A DNA stretch of 64,000 nucleotides, taken from positions 1 to 64,000 of the forward strand of contig JAYZAL010000088.1 of assembly GCA_036339735.1 (NCBI GenBank), read 5' to 3'. The position numbers and the translations under genes were made by a program. The first letter of the stretch is position 1. Each line of letters starts with the position of its first letter. The notes under the pieces are model-generated. The model worked only from the letters and a program-made list of their open reading frames with translations. It was not told where the DNA came from and did not search any database. Below are positions 1 to 10,500 of the stretch, piece after piece. The DNA comes from Candidatus Poribacteria bacterium. GTDB lineage: Bacteria; Poribacteria; WGA-4E; UBA9662.

Positions 1-378
1 GGCTTTCTCCCGCCATTTGAAGACTGGCAAAGTGGAGCAGTCCCTTATTGGTTGCTAGTCGTTGCCCAATTTCTGATAATTTTAGTCTGCTTAATAGTCA
101 TCCTAAAGATTTCTCTTGGTCGTGTAATTCCTAGAAATAGAACAGGGAAAATTTGTTTATTCTTGGGAGCAATTTATTTGATGGTAATGCTATTTCGGTT
201 GATTGTTGGATTGACCATCGCCCCAGAACATAGCTGGTTTGGGGCTAGAATTCCAACATTTTTTCATACTGTATTAGCTTCTTTTTTAGTTACAGTCGGT
301 GTATTTCATTACCAACATGGTAAACAAGAAAATTATAGAAACGCACTTCAGGGAAGTAATAATGCCAATACTCAATGA
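1..378 (+). CDS. Hypothetical membrane protein, 5' end truncated by the window edge
   Basis: Frame is open from base 1 (GFLPPFEDWQSGAVPYWLLVVAQ...), so the track start at 52 is internal. About three hydrophobic segments. Overlaps the likely start of the next gene. Confidence 0.7.
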   Translation, partial: GFLPPFEDWQSGAVPYWLLVVAQFLIILVCLIVILKISLGRVIPRNRTGKICLFLGAIYLMVMLFRLIVGLTIAPEHSWFGARIPTFFHTVLASFLVTVGVFHYQHGKQENYRNALQGSNNANTQ

Positions 379-1261
379 TCGGATGAGAAGTATCGTTGCA
401 TGGACGGCCTATCCAGTAGTAATCATACTTGCCCTAGTTTTGTATCAATTGCTCCTAAAAAACACACCCTATTCCTCGAAGATTGTAGCCTACATACCAG
501 TTGTATTCGGCGCAGCGATTATCACATTTTTAGAATCTTATTTTCCCTACAGAGGTGAATGGACTCCAGAAATTTCAGATATTGGAAATGATCTTACCTT
601 TATGGTTTTTATTCAGATTGTCTTACCTAAACTTCTTTCTTTTCTGTTCGCTAGTACATTGCTATCTTACCTTCAAACCAAGGAGATTATCTTAAAGGGG
701 TTTTGGCCACACCAATTTCCATCTTTTATTCAAGCTATCTTGATGCTTTTTCTAGCTGATTTGCTTCGATACTGGTTACATAGAGCAGCTCATGAGTGGG
801 AGCCTTTGTGGCGTTTACATGCTGTACACCACTCTCCACACAAACTTTACTGGGTGAATGTGGGGCGCTTCCATCCACTAGATAAGGCCTTACAATTCCT
901 CTTGGACGCTTTCCCTTTTATCATTGTTGGTGTTTCAGAAGAAGTCTTAAGTATCTATTTTGTCTTCTATGCTATTAATGGATTCTTCCAACATTGCAAC
1001 ATCAATCTAAGACTTGGCTTCCTCAACTATTTGATTAGTGGTCCAGAACTACATAGATGGCACCATTCAATTCTGATTAGGGAATCCAACAGGAATTACG
1101 GAAATAATTTGATTGTCTGGGATCTGCTATTCGGGACTTGGTTCTTACCAAAAGAAAAATCAGTTGACGGGTTGGGACTAAAAAATCGCCAATACCCTTT
1201 AGATTTCGCTAGCCAAATTCGAACACCTTTTATCAAAGGCCTAGATAAACAACAAGGATAA
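362..1261 (+). CDS. Sterol desaturase / fatty acid hydroxylase superfamily membrane di-iron enzyme
   Basis: His boxes WLHRAAH, LHAVHHS, FQHCN, LHRWHHS plus NYG...WDLLFGT. ATG 362 (MPILND) preferred over track start 299 because GGGAAG lies upstream. Confidence 0.88.
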   Translation: MPILNDRMRSIVAWTAYPVVIILALVLYQLLLKNTPYSSKIVAYIPVVFGAAIITFLESYFPYRGEWTPEISDIGNDLTFMVFIQIVLPKLLSFLFASTLLSYLQTKEIILKGFWPHQFPSFIQAILMLFLADLLRYWLHRAAHEWEPLWRLHAVHHSPHKLYWVNVGRFHPLDKALQFLLDAFPFIIVGVSEEVLSIYFVFYAINGFFQHCNINLRLGFLNYLISGPELHRWHHSILIRESNRNYGNNLIVWDLLFGTWFLPKEKSVDGLGLKNRQYPLDFASQIRTPFIKGLDKQQG

Positions 1262-1265
1262 GAAA

Positions 1266-2969
1266 ATGCTGAATTCGTTACTGAATTTACTAATGTTTTT
1301 TAGAATGTTGATTATGAAGTCTCGCCTATGGAATCCGGTCATATTACAGACTCAAAAACCACTGGAAACCCAAAACCGTCTCTTAGATAAAATCTTGGCT
1401 GCAAACAAGAATACTCGTTTTGGTCAAGAACATAATTTCGAAAAAATATCCTCTTATCAAGAATTTAGGCAAGCTGTTGGCATTCAGTCATATGAAGAAT
1501 TAAGGCCATATATCGACAAACAAGAGGACGAAGGAGAAGCTTACCTCAACCGTGAGCAACCAGTAATGTATGCTCAAACCAGTGGGACTACAGATACCCC
1601 TAAGTATGTACCAATCCTAGAAGACACTATTTCAGACTATAAGAGGAGTCAGAAAATATTTTCGTATGCTCTTTACACCTCGATACCGGGTGTTTATGAT
1701 GGCAAAATAATGGGAATTGTTAGTCCTGCAGTAGAAGGTAATTTGGAAACTGGTACTCCGTTCGGATCCATGTCTGGTTTGATTTACAAAAGTATGCCTT
1801 CTATTGTACGGTCGAAGTATGTTGTTCCAGCGGAAGTCTTTGAAATTGAGGATTATGAACTCAAATATTACCTAATTTCTGCATTTGCCTTAGCAGACGA
1901 AAATATTACCCTAATAGGTACAGCAAACCCGACTTCTATACTAAAAATTATAAAGCTGATTAAAACTGAAGGCGACCAGCTAATTAGGGATATTAAAAAT
2001 GGTACCCTGGAAAAATTGGTGTCAAGTTCGAAGGAAATACAGGCAGAAAGACAAACCAGCGATGACATCGAACAAATTTTGGCCCGTTTCAAAAGTAACC
2101 CAGACAGAGCCAGGCAATTGGAAAGAATAGAATCAGAGAAAGGTAGTTTAACCTTCGCTGATGTATGGCCAAACCTGAAGGCAATTGCAACTTGGACAAA
2201 TGGTAGTTGTCGAGTCTTAATTCCATCAATCCAAAACCAGCTTAGTTCTTCCACCCGTATTGTTGAGTTAGGATACTTATCCAGCGAATTTAGAGGAAAC
2301 ATAACGCTAGACGTCCTAAACAACCAAGGAATTCCTACCATAGATGAAAATTTTTTCGAATTTGTAGAACAACAAGAGTGGGAAAGTGAACAGCATAATT
2401 TTTTGACAGTAGATCAAATTGAAGAAGGAAAACAGTATTACATTTTTGCTACTACCCAAAATGGACTTTACCGTTACTTTATCAACGATATAATCGAGGT
2501 TAATGGCCGATTTAACAATACACCAACAATTCGATTTGTACAAAAAGGTAAAGGTGTCACCAATATTACCGGAGAAAAACTCTACGAAAATCATCTGATT
2601 GAAGCAATCGCAGAAGTGAAGCAAAAGCTAGGTGTAGATATTCAATTCTTCATCATGTTTGCTATGCCTGATAACCTCCAATACCATCTCTATCTTGAAC
2701 TTGATCTTGCAGAATTGCCAAATGATGATTATCAGTCAGAGATTGTTAAAGAGGTGGAAGAAAGTCTCTGTAAATTAAACATCGAATATAAAAGTAAGAG
2801 AGAAAGCCAGCGCTTACAACCAGTAAAAGTTACTTTTTTAGCAGAAGGAACAAGCGAGGCTTATAAAAGAGATTGTATAGAAAATGGACAAAGAGAAGCC
2901 CAATTCAAGATTGTACACCTTCAGTACGAAAAAGATTGTTCCTTTGATTTTGATCAACAATCGCTGTGA
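1266..2969 (+). CDS. GH3 family acyl-acid amido synthetase (adenylate-forming)
   Basis: P-loop QTSGTTDTPKYVP, YLSSE motif, GLYRYFINDII, NITGEKL. Confidence 0.88.
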   Translation: MLNSLLNLLMFFRMLIMKSRLWNPVILQTQKPLETQNRLLDKILAANKNTRFGQEHNFEKISSYQEFRQAVGIQSYEELRPYIDKQEDEGEAYLNREQPVMYAQTSGTTDTPKYVPILEDTISDYKRSQKIFSYALYTSIPGVYDGKIMGIVSPAVEGNLETGTPFGSMSGLIYKSMPSIVRSKYVVPAEVFEIEDYELKYYLISAFALADENITLIGTANPTSILKIIKLIKTEGDQLIRDIKNGTLEKLVSSSKEIQAERQTSDDIEQILARFKSNPDRARQLERIESEKGSLTFADVWPNLKAIATWTNGSCRVLIPSIQNQLSSSTRIVELGYLSSEFRGNITLDVLNNQGIPTIDENFFEFVEQQEWESEQHNFLTVDQIEEGKQYYIFATTQNGLYRYFINDIIEVNGRFNNTPTIRFVQKGKGVTNITGEKLYENHLIEAIAEVKQKLGVDIQFFIMFAMPDNLQYHLYLELDLAELPNDDYQSEIVKEVEESLCKLNIEYKSKRESQRLQPVKVTFLAEGTSEAYKRDCIENGQREAQFKIVHLQYEKDCSFDFDQQSL

Positions 2970-4075
2970 GATCGAAAATGAAAATTGACCAGATACAGAT
3001 AAAAAGATTAGAGATTCCTTTCAATGTCAATTTTAAGCATTCTTCAGCTGAACGTAATATAACTGAAAGTGTTTTAGTGAAAGTTCGATCAGCTGAAGGT
3101 TCCTACGGGTTGGGAGAAGGATGTCCCCGAAGCTATGTAACCGGAGAAACTGTTGGCAGTGTCATATCTTTCTTTGAAAAGCATAAATTATCCATTCAAC
3201 AGATAAGAAGCCTCTCTGATCTAAGTGAATGGATGACTCAACACAAAAAGAGTATAGACAATAATTTATCAGCTTGGTGTGCTATTGAATTAGCTTTATT
3301 GGATGTATTAGCCAAAGAAGAAGGAAAATCTGTTGAAGATCTTCTGTCTCTTCCAAGACTATCGGGTGAATTTCGCTACACCGCGGTTTTGGGTGTGAAT
3401 AACTTAGATGTATTCGAAAAACAACTTCAACAATACATTTACCTAGGATTTAGTGATTTCAAAATTAAAGTTTCGGGAAAATTAGAACAAGACAAGCAAA
3501 ATTTAGAATTGATAACAAACTTAGTTAAGAACGTCAGGATTCGAATCGACGCTAATAATCTCTGGACAGACGTGGAAGAGGCGATAGATTATCTGAAAAA
3601 ATTGGAAAAAGATTTTTGGGCAGTAGAAGAACCCATTGATGCCAAACAGTATGATTTATTTAGACAAATTGCTACAGTCCTTGACACCAAAATTTTATTA
3701 GATGAGAGTTTCATTGTTAAAGAGCAATTTAATCACCTCCAGACCAATACTGATAAATGGATCGTAAATGTAAGAATTTCAAAGATGGGTGGAATATTAC
3801 GTTCGCTGGAGATCGCCCAAACGGCCAAAAAAATGGGTATTCCTATAATTGTTGGCGCTCAAGTCGGTGAAACTAGTATTCTGACACGAGCAGCATTAAC
3901 TGTAGCTAGCACGTTTCGGGATATTCTTCTCGCTCAGGAAGGAGGATTTGGTACATACTTGTTAAAGCACGACATTGTAGAGCCATCACTGATGATAGGA
4001 AAGGGTGCAAAACTTTCGATTGATTCCATCACTGACGATTCAGGATTCGGATTAGATTATCTTCCTACATCGTAA
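2966..4075 (+). CDS. Enolase-superfamily enzyme (MLE / dipeptide epimerase / OSBS-like subgroup)
   Basis: N-terminal capping domain GLGEGCPRSYVTGET. KxK (FKIK) and metal ligands RIDAN, VEEP, LDES. 4-nt overlap with the GH3 stop; true start may be ATG 2978. Confidence 0.85.
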   Translation: MRSKMKIDQIQIKRLEIPFNVNFKHSSAERNITESVLVKVRSAEGSYGLGEGCPRSYVTGETVGSVISFFEKHKLSIQQIRSLSDLSEWMTQHKKSIDNNLSAWCAIELALLDVLAKEEGKSVEDLLSLPRLSGEFRYTAVLGVNNLDVFEKQLQQYIYLGFSDFKIKVSGKLEQDKQNLELITNLVKNVRIRIDANNLWTDVEEAIDYLKKLEKDFWAVEEPIDAKQYDLFRQIATVLDTKILLDESFIVKEQFNHLQTNTDKWIVNVRISKMGGILRSLEIAQTAKKMGIPIIVGAQVGETSILTRAALTVASTFRDILLAQEGGFGTYLLKHDIVEPSLMIGKGAKLSIDSITDDSGFGLDYLPTS

Positions 4076-4320
4076 CAAAAGTGTAAGTCGGCAAATTCCA
4101 ACTAGTTTAAGAAAAAATCGTAGGTCTATTCTCGAGAGGATCTTTCTGAATTAGATGGTTCGAGCGTAGATTATTGAGCTTAAGGTCTATTAGTTATATG
4201 AACTAGCGCAAACAATCAATCTTTCTTCTCAAGTTATTTATGGTTGATAGAAAAATGTAGTATTTGACTTCTTTTCGATTATGCAACCTTTATTCCAGCT
4301 GAAAGTGGGGACAACTTATC

Positions 4321-5142
4321 ATGGAAGCACTTTTGAATTATTGTGAACAGGTGCCGCTTTGGCACAAAGTTACTCTTATCGTCCTCTGTTTTATGATCTT
4401 TTCACAACTCGAGAGGATCAGACCTGTGAGTATCTTCAACTATAAGAAATGGAATCATGCAGGTCTGAACTTGGTCTTCCTGTTGTTCAATTCAGCCATT
4501 AACATCTTGTTTGGGATTATCATGGTCGGTATTTTTCAGTGGATCGGTAAAAATGAGATAGGGCTTCTGCATTTCTTTACATTACCAATTTGGGTTGAGT
4601 TATTAATTGGAACTCTGTTGCTAGATTTCTTTTCCCAATATTTGGCCCATTACTTGATACATCAAATTCCTTTTTTATGGAATTTTCATACCATTCATCA
4701 CTCTGATTCTGAAGTGGATGTTAGTACTGGAACCAGACATCATCCTGGAGATTTTTTAGTTCGAGAAGTCTTTGCTTTAGTAGCGATTGTTTTGGGCGGG
4801 ATACCCATGACCTACTACGTTTTTTACCGTTTATGCACAATCTTTTTTACTTATTTCACTCATGCCAATATTCTGATGCCAAGTTGGTTAGACCGTCCAT
4901 TGAGCTGGGTTTTCATTACACCCAATATACATAAATTTCATCACCATGCGACTCAACCTTGGACTGATTCAAATTTTGGTAATGTTTTTTCATTTTGGGA
5001 TAGAATATTCGGCACCTTGATCTATGATGATCCCAGAAAAGTTAGTTTCGGCCTAGATGTATTTGATAAAGAGGGAAAAGACCAGTTAACCGCCTTACTT
5101 AAACATCCATTTTCTGGTTCAAGATCATTGTCAGAGAGCTAG
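4321..5142 (+). CDS. Sterol desaturase / fatty acid hydroxylase superfamily protein (second copy)
   Basis: His boxes LAHYLIH, FHTIHHSD, FTHAN, IHKFHHH, plus SNFG...WDRIFGT. Confidence 0.88.
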   Translation: MEALLNYCEQVPLWHKVTLIVLCFMIFSQLERIRPVSIFNYKKWNHAGLNLVFLLFNSAINILFGIIMVGIFQWIGKNEIGLLHFFTLPIWVELLIGTLLLDFFSQYLAHYLIHQIPFLWNFHTIHHSDSEVDVSTGTRHHPGDFLVREVFALVAIVLGGIPMTYYVFYRLCTIFFTYFTHANILMPSWLDRPLSWVFITPNIHKFHHHATQPWTDSNFGNVFSFWDRIFGTLIYDDPRKVSFGLDVFDKEGKDQLTALLKHPFSGSRSLSES

Positions 5143-5219
5143 AAGGATAAATACTCGCATACTTTCCAATTAGGATTACTTTCGTACTATTCTTGAGTCG
5201 GCACGCAGGCACTAAATAA

Positions 5220-7025
5220 ATGTTTTTATCTATAAGAAACCGTTCAAATACTCAGTCAACACCTATAGTACAAGACTTAACTATAGTCATATTGATGGTT
5301 ACTTTTCAACTTTTGTCAGGCTGTGTGTCTGTCTACGACCTTGCAACCCGATCACTCTTGCCTAACGAAGGTGTTAGAGTTTCATCTTATAACGTCAAAA
5401 CTAAACGGCTTGTTGGGTTTACAACCAGCGATGGTGTAAGGCTAATATCAGATATCCATTTCCCGAAGAAAAACGGGAAAACACCAACAATCCTAGTCAG
5501 AATTCCGCTGACTAATAAATTGGGTAATCGAGTTCGCGCTGATGTTATTGGTCGTTACTGGGCCCGTCGTGGATACACAGCAATTATTCAAGGAACTAGA
5601 GGTCGGTACGGATCAGGTGGGAAGTTTTATCCTCTTTTATACGAACGTCAAGATGGAATTGAGACGCTAGAATGGATCAAAAAACAACCTTGGTTTGATG
5701 GAAATGTATTCATGTGGGGAGCATCTTCATTCGGTCATTCTCAATGGTGTATCTCAGATCGACCTGACCTCGGTCTAAAAGCCTTATTTGTTCAAATAGC
5801 AAGCACTAGTTTTAGAAGGATGTTTCATGATGGTGGTGCATTCTCGCTAGAGAGTGGTTTGTTTTGGGCTATCAGGAGTCGAGGAAGTCAAGATCGAGAA
5901 GTCAAAATGACCAATTTGGACCAAGCGGTTCAAGATTTTCCATTGATCGAAGCTGATGACCGAGCAATCGGAGACACACCTTTTTTCAACGATTGGGTAC
6001 TAAACCAAAATGATAACAAATACTGGCAGAAAATCGATGGTGTGAACCGAACACATACACTTCAAGTTCCCATACTCTTGATGGCAGGATGGTTTGATCC
6101 GTTTCTTCCTACACAAATTGAAGATTTTAATCAAGTGATCAATAATGCCAATGACAATGTGGCCACAGAAACACGTCTTATTATTGGACCTTGGGGGCAC
6201 GCAAATGAAGTAACATTACCCGGTAGCCAACAATCATTGCCTTACAGGCCAGCTAGCTTAGCTCCGAGTATCCCTTGGTTTGACTATAACCTTGGAATTG
6301 GAAAAGACAAATTCGATTTGCCGAAGGTTAAAATATTTGTTCTTGGTCATAACCAATGGCGTAATGAAAAAGAATGGCCTTTAGAACGTACACAGTATAC
6401 ACCTTTCTATCTACATAGTAATGGTAAGGCTAACTCTGTTTCAGGTGGTGGATGGTTAGATGAAAAAATTCCTCAATCTGAAGAACCTTCAGATTCATTC
6501 CTATACGATCCGCTAAATCCTGTACCTTCTGCTGGTGGAGCCATGCTGGGGCCAAGGTCAGGAATTCACCTTCAAAATTCTATTGAATTGAGAGATGATG
6601 TACTAATTTATTCTACGCATACCCTATCTGAACCAGTTGAGGTCACAGGTCCGGTTCGTTTAATCATTTATGTCCATACCAACGTCGTCTGTACCGATTT
6701 TACTGCTAAGCTAGTTGACGTGTATCCTAATGGAAACGCGTACAATCTCTGCGATGGAATACTTCGACGTAATTATCAGCCGAGCAAGAATACTGAAAAA
6801 GTGCCAACCAAAATCGAAATTGATTTATGGCCGACGAGTAATGTATTTATGAAAGGACATAAAATAAGATTAGAAATTTCTAGTAGTAACTTTCCCCGTT
6901 ATGACCGAAATCCAAATACTGGAGAATTCATACCGGAAGCTACTAAAACCGTTACAGCAAAACAAACTATCTTCCATTCCAATCAATTCCCTTCACACTT
7001 GATGCTACCAATTATTCCAAACTAG
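5220..7025 (+). CDS. CocE/NonD family serine hydrolase, probable lipoprotein
   Basis: DGVRLISDI, QGTRGRYGSGG, nucleophile elbow WGASSFG, GWFD, IIGPWGH, C-terminal SSSNFPRYDRNPNTG. Lipobox-like LLSGC near the N-terminus. Confidence 0.9.
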   Translation: MFLSIRNRSNTQSTPIVQDLTIVILMVTFQLLSGCVSVYDLATRSLLPNEGVRVSSYNVKTKRLVGFTTSDGVRLISDIHFPKKNGKTPTILVRIPLTNKLGNRVRADVIGRYWARRGYTAIIQGTRGRYGSGGKFYPLLYERQDGIETLEWIKKQPWFDGNVFMWGASSFGHSQWCISDRPDLGLKALFVQIASTSFRRMFHDGGAFSLESGLFWAIRSRGSQDREVKMTNLDQAVQDFPLIEADDRAIGDTPFFNDWVLNQNDNKYWQKIDGVNRTHTLQVPILLMAGWFDPFLPTQIEDFNQVINNANDNVATETRLIIGPWGHANEVTLPGSQQSLPYRPASLAPSIPWFDYNLGIGKDKFDLPKVKIFVLGHNQWRNEKEWPLERTQYTPFYLHSNGKANSVSGGGWLDEKIPQSEEPSDSFLYDPLNPVPSAGGAMLGPRSGIHLQNSIELRDDVLIYSTHTLSEPVEVTGPVRLIIYVHTNVVCTDFTAKLVDVYPNGNAYNLCDGILRRNYQPSKNTEKVPTKIEIDLWPTSNVFMKGHKIRLEISSSNFPRYDRNPNTGEFIPEATKTVTAKQTIFHSNQFPSHLMLPIIPN

Positions 7026-7333
7026 ATTTAGATTATCAAAAATCAGAGTTTGGAAAAGGTCTCAAAACAAGTTGTGTTTCCCACTTCAAAATTAACTTAG
7101 CTTGTGTACAATGTCTTTTTAGGCAAGCCTTCTGAAGATCTTCCACGACAGACCATTTCTAGAACCATCAATTAGAACAGAGAGAAATTGGCCAAAATTG
7201 CATCATTGATACAATGAGATAATTTTCAAAAATTGAAGCGATCTCACCCGATTAGTAGGTCGTAGAAAAATGGCTAAATCGACTCAAATTTAGATTAAAA
7301 ATCAAATAGCAGCCAGTACAGTACCGAATAAAC

Positions 7334-7363
7334 TTGACAGGTTTGATGCTGTACTGTAGCATC
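7334..7363 (+). promoter_or_regulatory. Sigma70-type promoter overlapped by a palindrome (possible operator)
   Basis: TTGACA (7334-7339), 17 nt, TAGCAT (7357-7362). GATGCT-N7-AGCATC at 7345-7363. Confidence 0.45.
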
Positions 7364-7542
7364 CGAACCTGGGTTTTAGATTTGCTCTTACTATTTTAAA
7401 TTCGAGTGTTATGACCTTTTATTAGGTTCCTGTGATGCAAGATTATAAGTCTCACACAGAGTGGTCTAGGTAAGAATTAAGAAGTAAAGTTCAAGCTGAA
7501 AGATAGTTGAGCAATAATCCACTTTGTTATTAGGATCGTACA

Positions 7543-8172
7543 TTGAAATTCTCTCGTCTTTCGTTTTGTGGTCTTTTTCTGTTCGTTGTTGGATGGGTTT
7601 TTCTGTTCCAACCACTGTTCCAATCCCCAATTATTTTGTTACGTGGTTTTGCTTTTCCTTGTCTCATAGTATCAGTACTAATGTTGACTTCTTGTATTGA
7701 ATCTCCACTTTTTTCTAAATTTATCTTTGGTATATCAACAGTTGGGATATCCGTTGGCCTAGTCTGTTTATTCCTACCGACTCAACGTACTTACTCGATA
7801 CATTTACTTGCCGTTTCTGCTCTTGCATTGGGCATTTCAACTCCTTTTCGTCGGACCACTGCTGCATTTGGAGCTATTCTTTCGGCGACTGGATTAATAT
7901 TCTTATTGCCATTACCACTTTTAATCTACCAGTCTGAACCGTTAGCGAGAAGTAACCAACTGCGTCCGTTCGCCTTACCCCTGATATTGACCGGATTTTT
8001 TCTGTTTTCTTTGTCATCATCGCGAAAAATATTGGTTGAACGATTGGCTCTAGGTGGGATCGCTAGTGGACTTATTTTTCTTTGTCAACCATTCTGGGAA
8101 GGATTTTATCAGGCAGGGTTCCAAATCCTACTAAGTGGATTGGTTGGTTTTATCACTATCTCGCATCGTTAG
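7543..8172 (+). CDS. Hypothetical multi-pass membrane protein
   Basis: 209 aa, almost entirely hydrophobic segments. AGGA upstream of the TTG start. Confidence 0.7.
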   Translation: MKFSRLSFCGLFLFVVGWVFLFQPLFQSPIILLRGFAFPCLIVSVLMLTSCIESPLFSKFIFGISTVGISVGLVCLFLPTQRTYSIHLLAVSALALGISTPFRRTTAAFGAILSATGLIFLLPLPLLIYQSEPLARSNQLRPFALPLILTGFFLFSLSSSRKILVERLALGGIASGLIFLCQPFWEGFYQAGFQILLSGLVGFITISHR

Positions 8173-9333
8173 CCAAATCCACAATTGTAGTATTAGTAAC
8201 CCAAATATTAGTCCACTACATAGCAGGTAGGGACTATGCGGGTCTTGTGTCTGATCGGCCATCCACCCGCCAGATAAAGGTCCTAACAGGGCACCACTAC
8301 CTAGAATAGCCTCGTGCCAACCGGTTTGTTCACCCTTACCGTCTTTATCCTTTATCTGTGGACCGTCAACTAGACCATAATACATGCTACTAAAATAGGT
8401 CGTAGCTACTGAAACCCCAAGCAACCCAAAAACAATAAACCAAATAGAAAATTGATATGATTTTCCCATAATGAACATGCCTATGACCACAGCAATTTGT
8501 GGACCCCACAAAGGTAGTAACCGGTAGTGAAAAACAATCGATTTTTTTGATCCATACCAGATATAGGTCAGAAGTTGCATGATCCCTAACGCTGCAATTA
8601 ATTTTGCATATTGACTGGGCTGAATATTCATTTGTTCAGTTGCTAGCTTTGGAGTTATTAACTGTAAGATTCTAAGTGTAAACCAAGAACCAAAGTTGGC
8701 AATTCGACTCATATATAAGAATGAACGATTTATATATATTGGTCTTTGAGGAACAGAATTAGTTATTTGTTGATCAGTCTCGATTAAATTTTGCTGGCTA
8801 AATTTTGGACGATAACTGATCATCCACCAATTCAAAATGGATAATCCACCAACTAGATAAAAAGGGAAATTAGGGCTCGGTGTTTTTTGAACATAGCTGG
8901 ATAGTAGGGGGCCAAGAGTAATGCCGGAACACCAAAACAAGTTGAATAAACATAAACGTTGAATTAATGTTTCTTCTCCTTGGCGTTCAGCAAGCCAGGC
9001 TTCGTAGGTTGGCCAAAATAAGGCTTGGCTAACACCTAGCCATGGGTAGATGGTTAATAGATGAAAAGAATTTCTGCATTGGGGAAGAGCTAAACTAACA
9101 GCCATAACTAACAAGCAACCAGCTCCTAGTAAAATTGGCCTACCTACTCGGTCAGATAATCGGCCAAACGGAATAGCAAATATAGAAAATAGTAAAGTAG
9201 AAATTGCTCCCAGTGTACCAATAAAAGATGCACTTAAAGATAAAGAGGTAGAAAAAAAAGCAGTATTAGTCATGATCGTACCCAAACAGAAATCCATCAC
9301 TAAAGCAGGAAAATACGGAATCAGTCTTCGCAT
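8131..9333 (-). CDS. MFS transporter
   Basis: Motif A (GRLSDRVGR), second-half GPLSGGWMAD, about 12 hydrophobic segments. Confidence 0.88.
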   Translation of the reverse strand: MRRLIPYFPALVMDFCLGTIMTNTAFFSTSLSLSASFIGTLGAISTLLFSIFAIPFGRLSDRVGRPILLGAGCLLVMAVSLALPQCRNSFHLLTIYPWLGVSQALFWPTYEAWLAERQGEETLIQRLCLFNLFWCSGITLGPLLSSYVQKTPSPNFPFYLVGGLSILNWWMISYRPKFSQQNLIETDQQITNSVPQRPIYINRSFLYMSRIANFGSWFTLRILQLITPKLATEQMNIQPSQYAKLIAALGIMQLLTYIWYGSKKSIVFHYRLLPLWGPQIAVVIGMFIMGKSYQFSIWFIVFGLLGVSVATTYFSSMYYGLVDGPQIKDKDGKGEQTGWHEAILGSGALLGPLSGGWMADQTQDPHSPYLLCSGLIFGLLILQLWIWLTMRDSDKTNQST

Positions 9334-9355
9334 CAGTTACACGTATATATGAAGT

Positions 9356-9404
9356 AAAAAACGGCTGAAGCCAAGTGGGTAAACTACTTAGCTTCAGCCG
9401 TTTT
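9356..9404 (-). terminator. Rho-independent terminator downstream of ilvC (potentially bidirectional)
   Basis: AAAAAACGGCTGAAGC...GCTTCAGCCGTTTT inverted repeat; U6 tract follows the stem on the minus strand. Confidence 0.8.
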
Positions 9405-9433
9405 GGGTCTGTTTGGAATTTAAACGAAATATA

Positions 9434-10432
9434 CTATTGGTTATCTTTTATCCAGCTCATCATGCTGCGTAATTCTTTTCCGACTGATTCAACCTGATGA
9501 GTTCTCTCCTGTCGGCGTAAAGCTTGTAACGTTGGTTGGTTGGCTTGGTTTTCTAGGACCCACTCGCGGGCAAATTTTCCGCTCTGAACTTCAGCCAATA
9601 ATTCTTTCATCCGTTCTTTTACACCTTCATCAACGATACGAGGACCGCGAGTTAAATCGCCATATTCAGCCGTATTGCTGATTGAGTGTCTCATCCAAGT
9701 TAATCCACCTTCGTAGATTAAATCGACAATCAATTTTAGTTCGTGTAGACATTCAAAATAAGCCATCTCTGGCTGATAGCCAGCCTCGACTAAAGTTTCA
9801 AAAGCCGCTTTTATCAATGCTGTAGTCCCACCACACAACACTGCTTGTTCGCCGAATAAGTCAGTCTCTGTTTCTTCTTGAAACGTAGTTTCTATTACAC
9901 CAGCTCTAGTTCCACCAATCCCTTTAGCATAAGCTAAGGCAACATCTCTAGCTAGACCGGTTGCGTCTTGATGCAGCGCTAGTAGACAAGGTGTTCCTGC
10001 CCCCTCTGTGAAAACGCGTCTTACCAAATGACCAGGAGCTTTAGGAGCAATCATTGCTACATCTACTCCTTCTGAAGGTACAATTTGTCCAAAGTGGATA
10101 CTGAATCCGTGCGAAAACAAAAGCATATTGCCTTCTGATAAATTGGGTTCAATCTGGTTTTTATAAACTGAACCTTGTAATTCGTCTGGAATTAGAACCT
10201 GAACGATATCCCCTTCAGCTGCAGCTTCTTCGACTGACTTGACGGTCAAACCATTAGCTTCCGCTTCATCTACTGATTTGCTAGACGGTCGTAATCCGAC
10301 AATAACATTCGCGCCGCTCTCTTTTAAATTCAGCGCTTGAGCATGGCCTTGACTTCCGTAACCAATTACCGAAACGACCCGTTCCTTAAGCAAATCAAAA
10401 TCTGCATCACTATCATAATAAATAGTTGCCAT
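9434..10432 (-). CDS. ilvC: Ketol-acid reductoisomerase
   Basis: [54 protein letters not shown]. Confidence 0.98.
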   Translation of the reverse strand: MATIYYDSDADFDLLKERVVSVIGYGSQGHAQALNLKESGANVIVGLRPSSKSVDEAEANGLTVKSVEEAAAEGDIVQVLIPDELQGSVYKNQIEPNLSEGNMLLFSHGFSIHFGQIVPSEGVDVAMIAPKAPGHLVRRVFTEGAGTPCLLALHQDATGLARDVALAYAKGIGGTRAGVIETTFQEETETDLFGEQAVLCGGTTALIKAAFETLVEAGYQPEMAYFECLHELKLIVDLIYEGGLTWMRHSISNTAEYGDLTRGPRIVDEGVKERMKELLAEVQSGKFAREWVLENQANQPTLQALRRQERTHQVESVGKELRSMMSWIKDNQ

Positions 10433-10500
10433 ATTATCTCCCTCGTATATTGTTGGCTATCTTCCCTTCACAATCATCGACTATTGTTCCATCCATTTAC

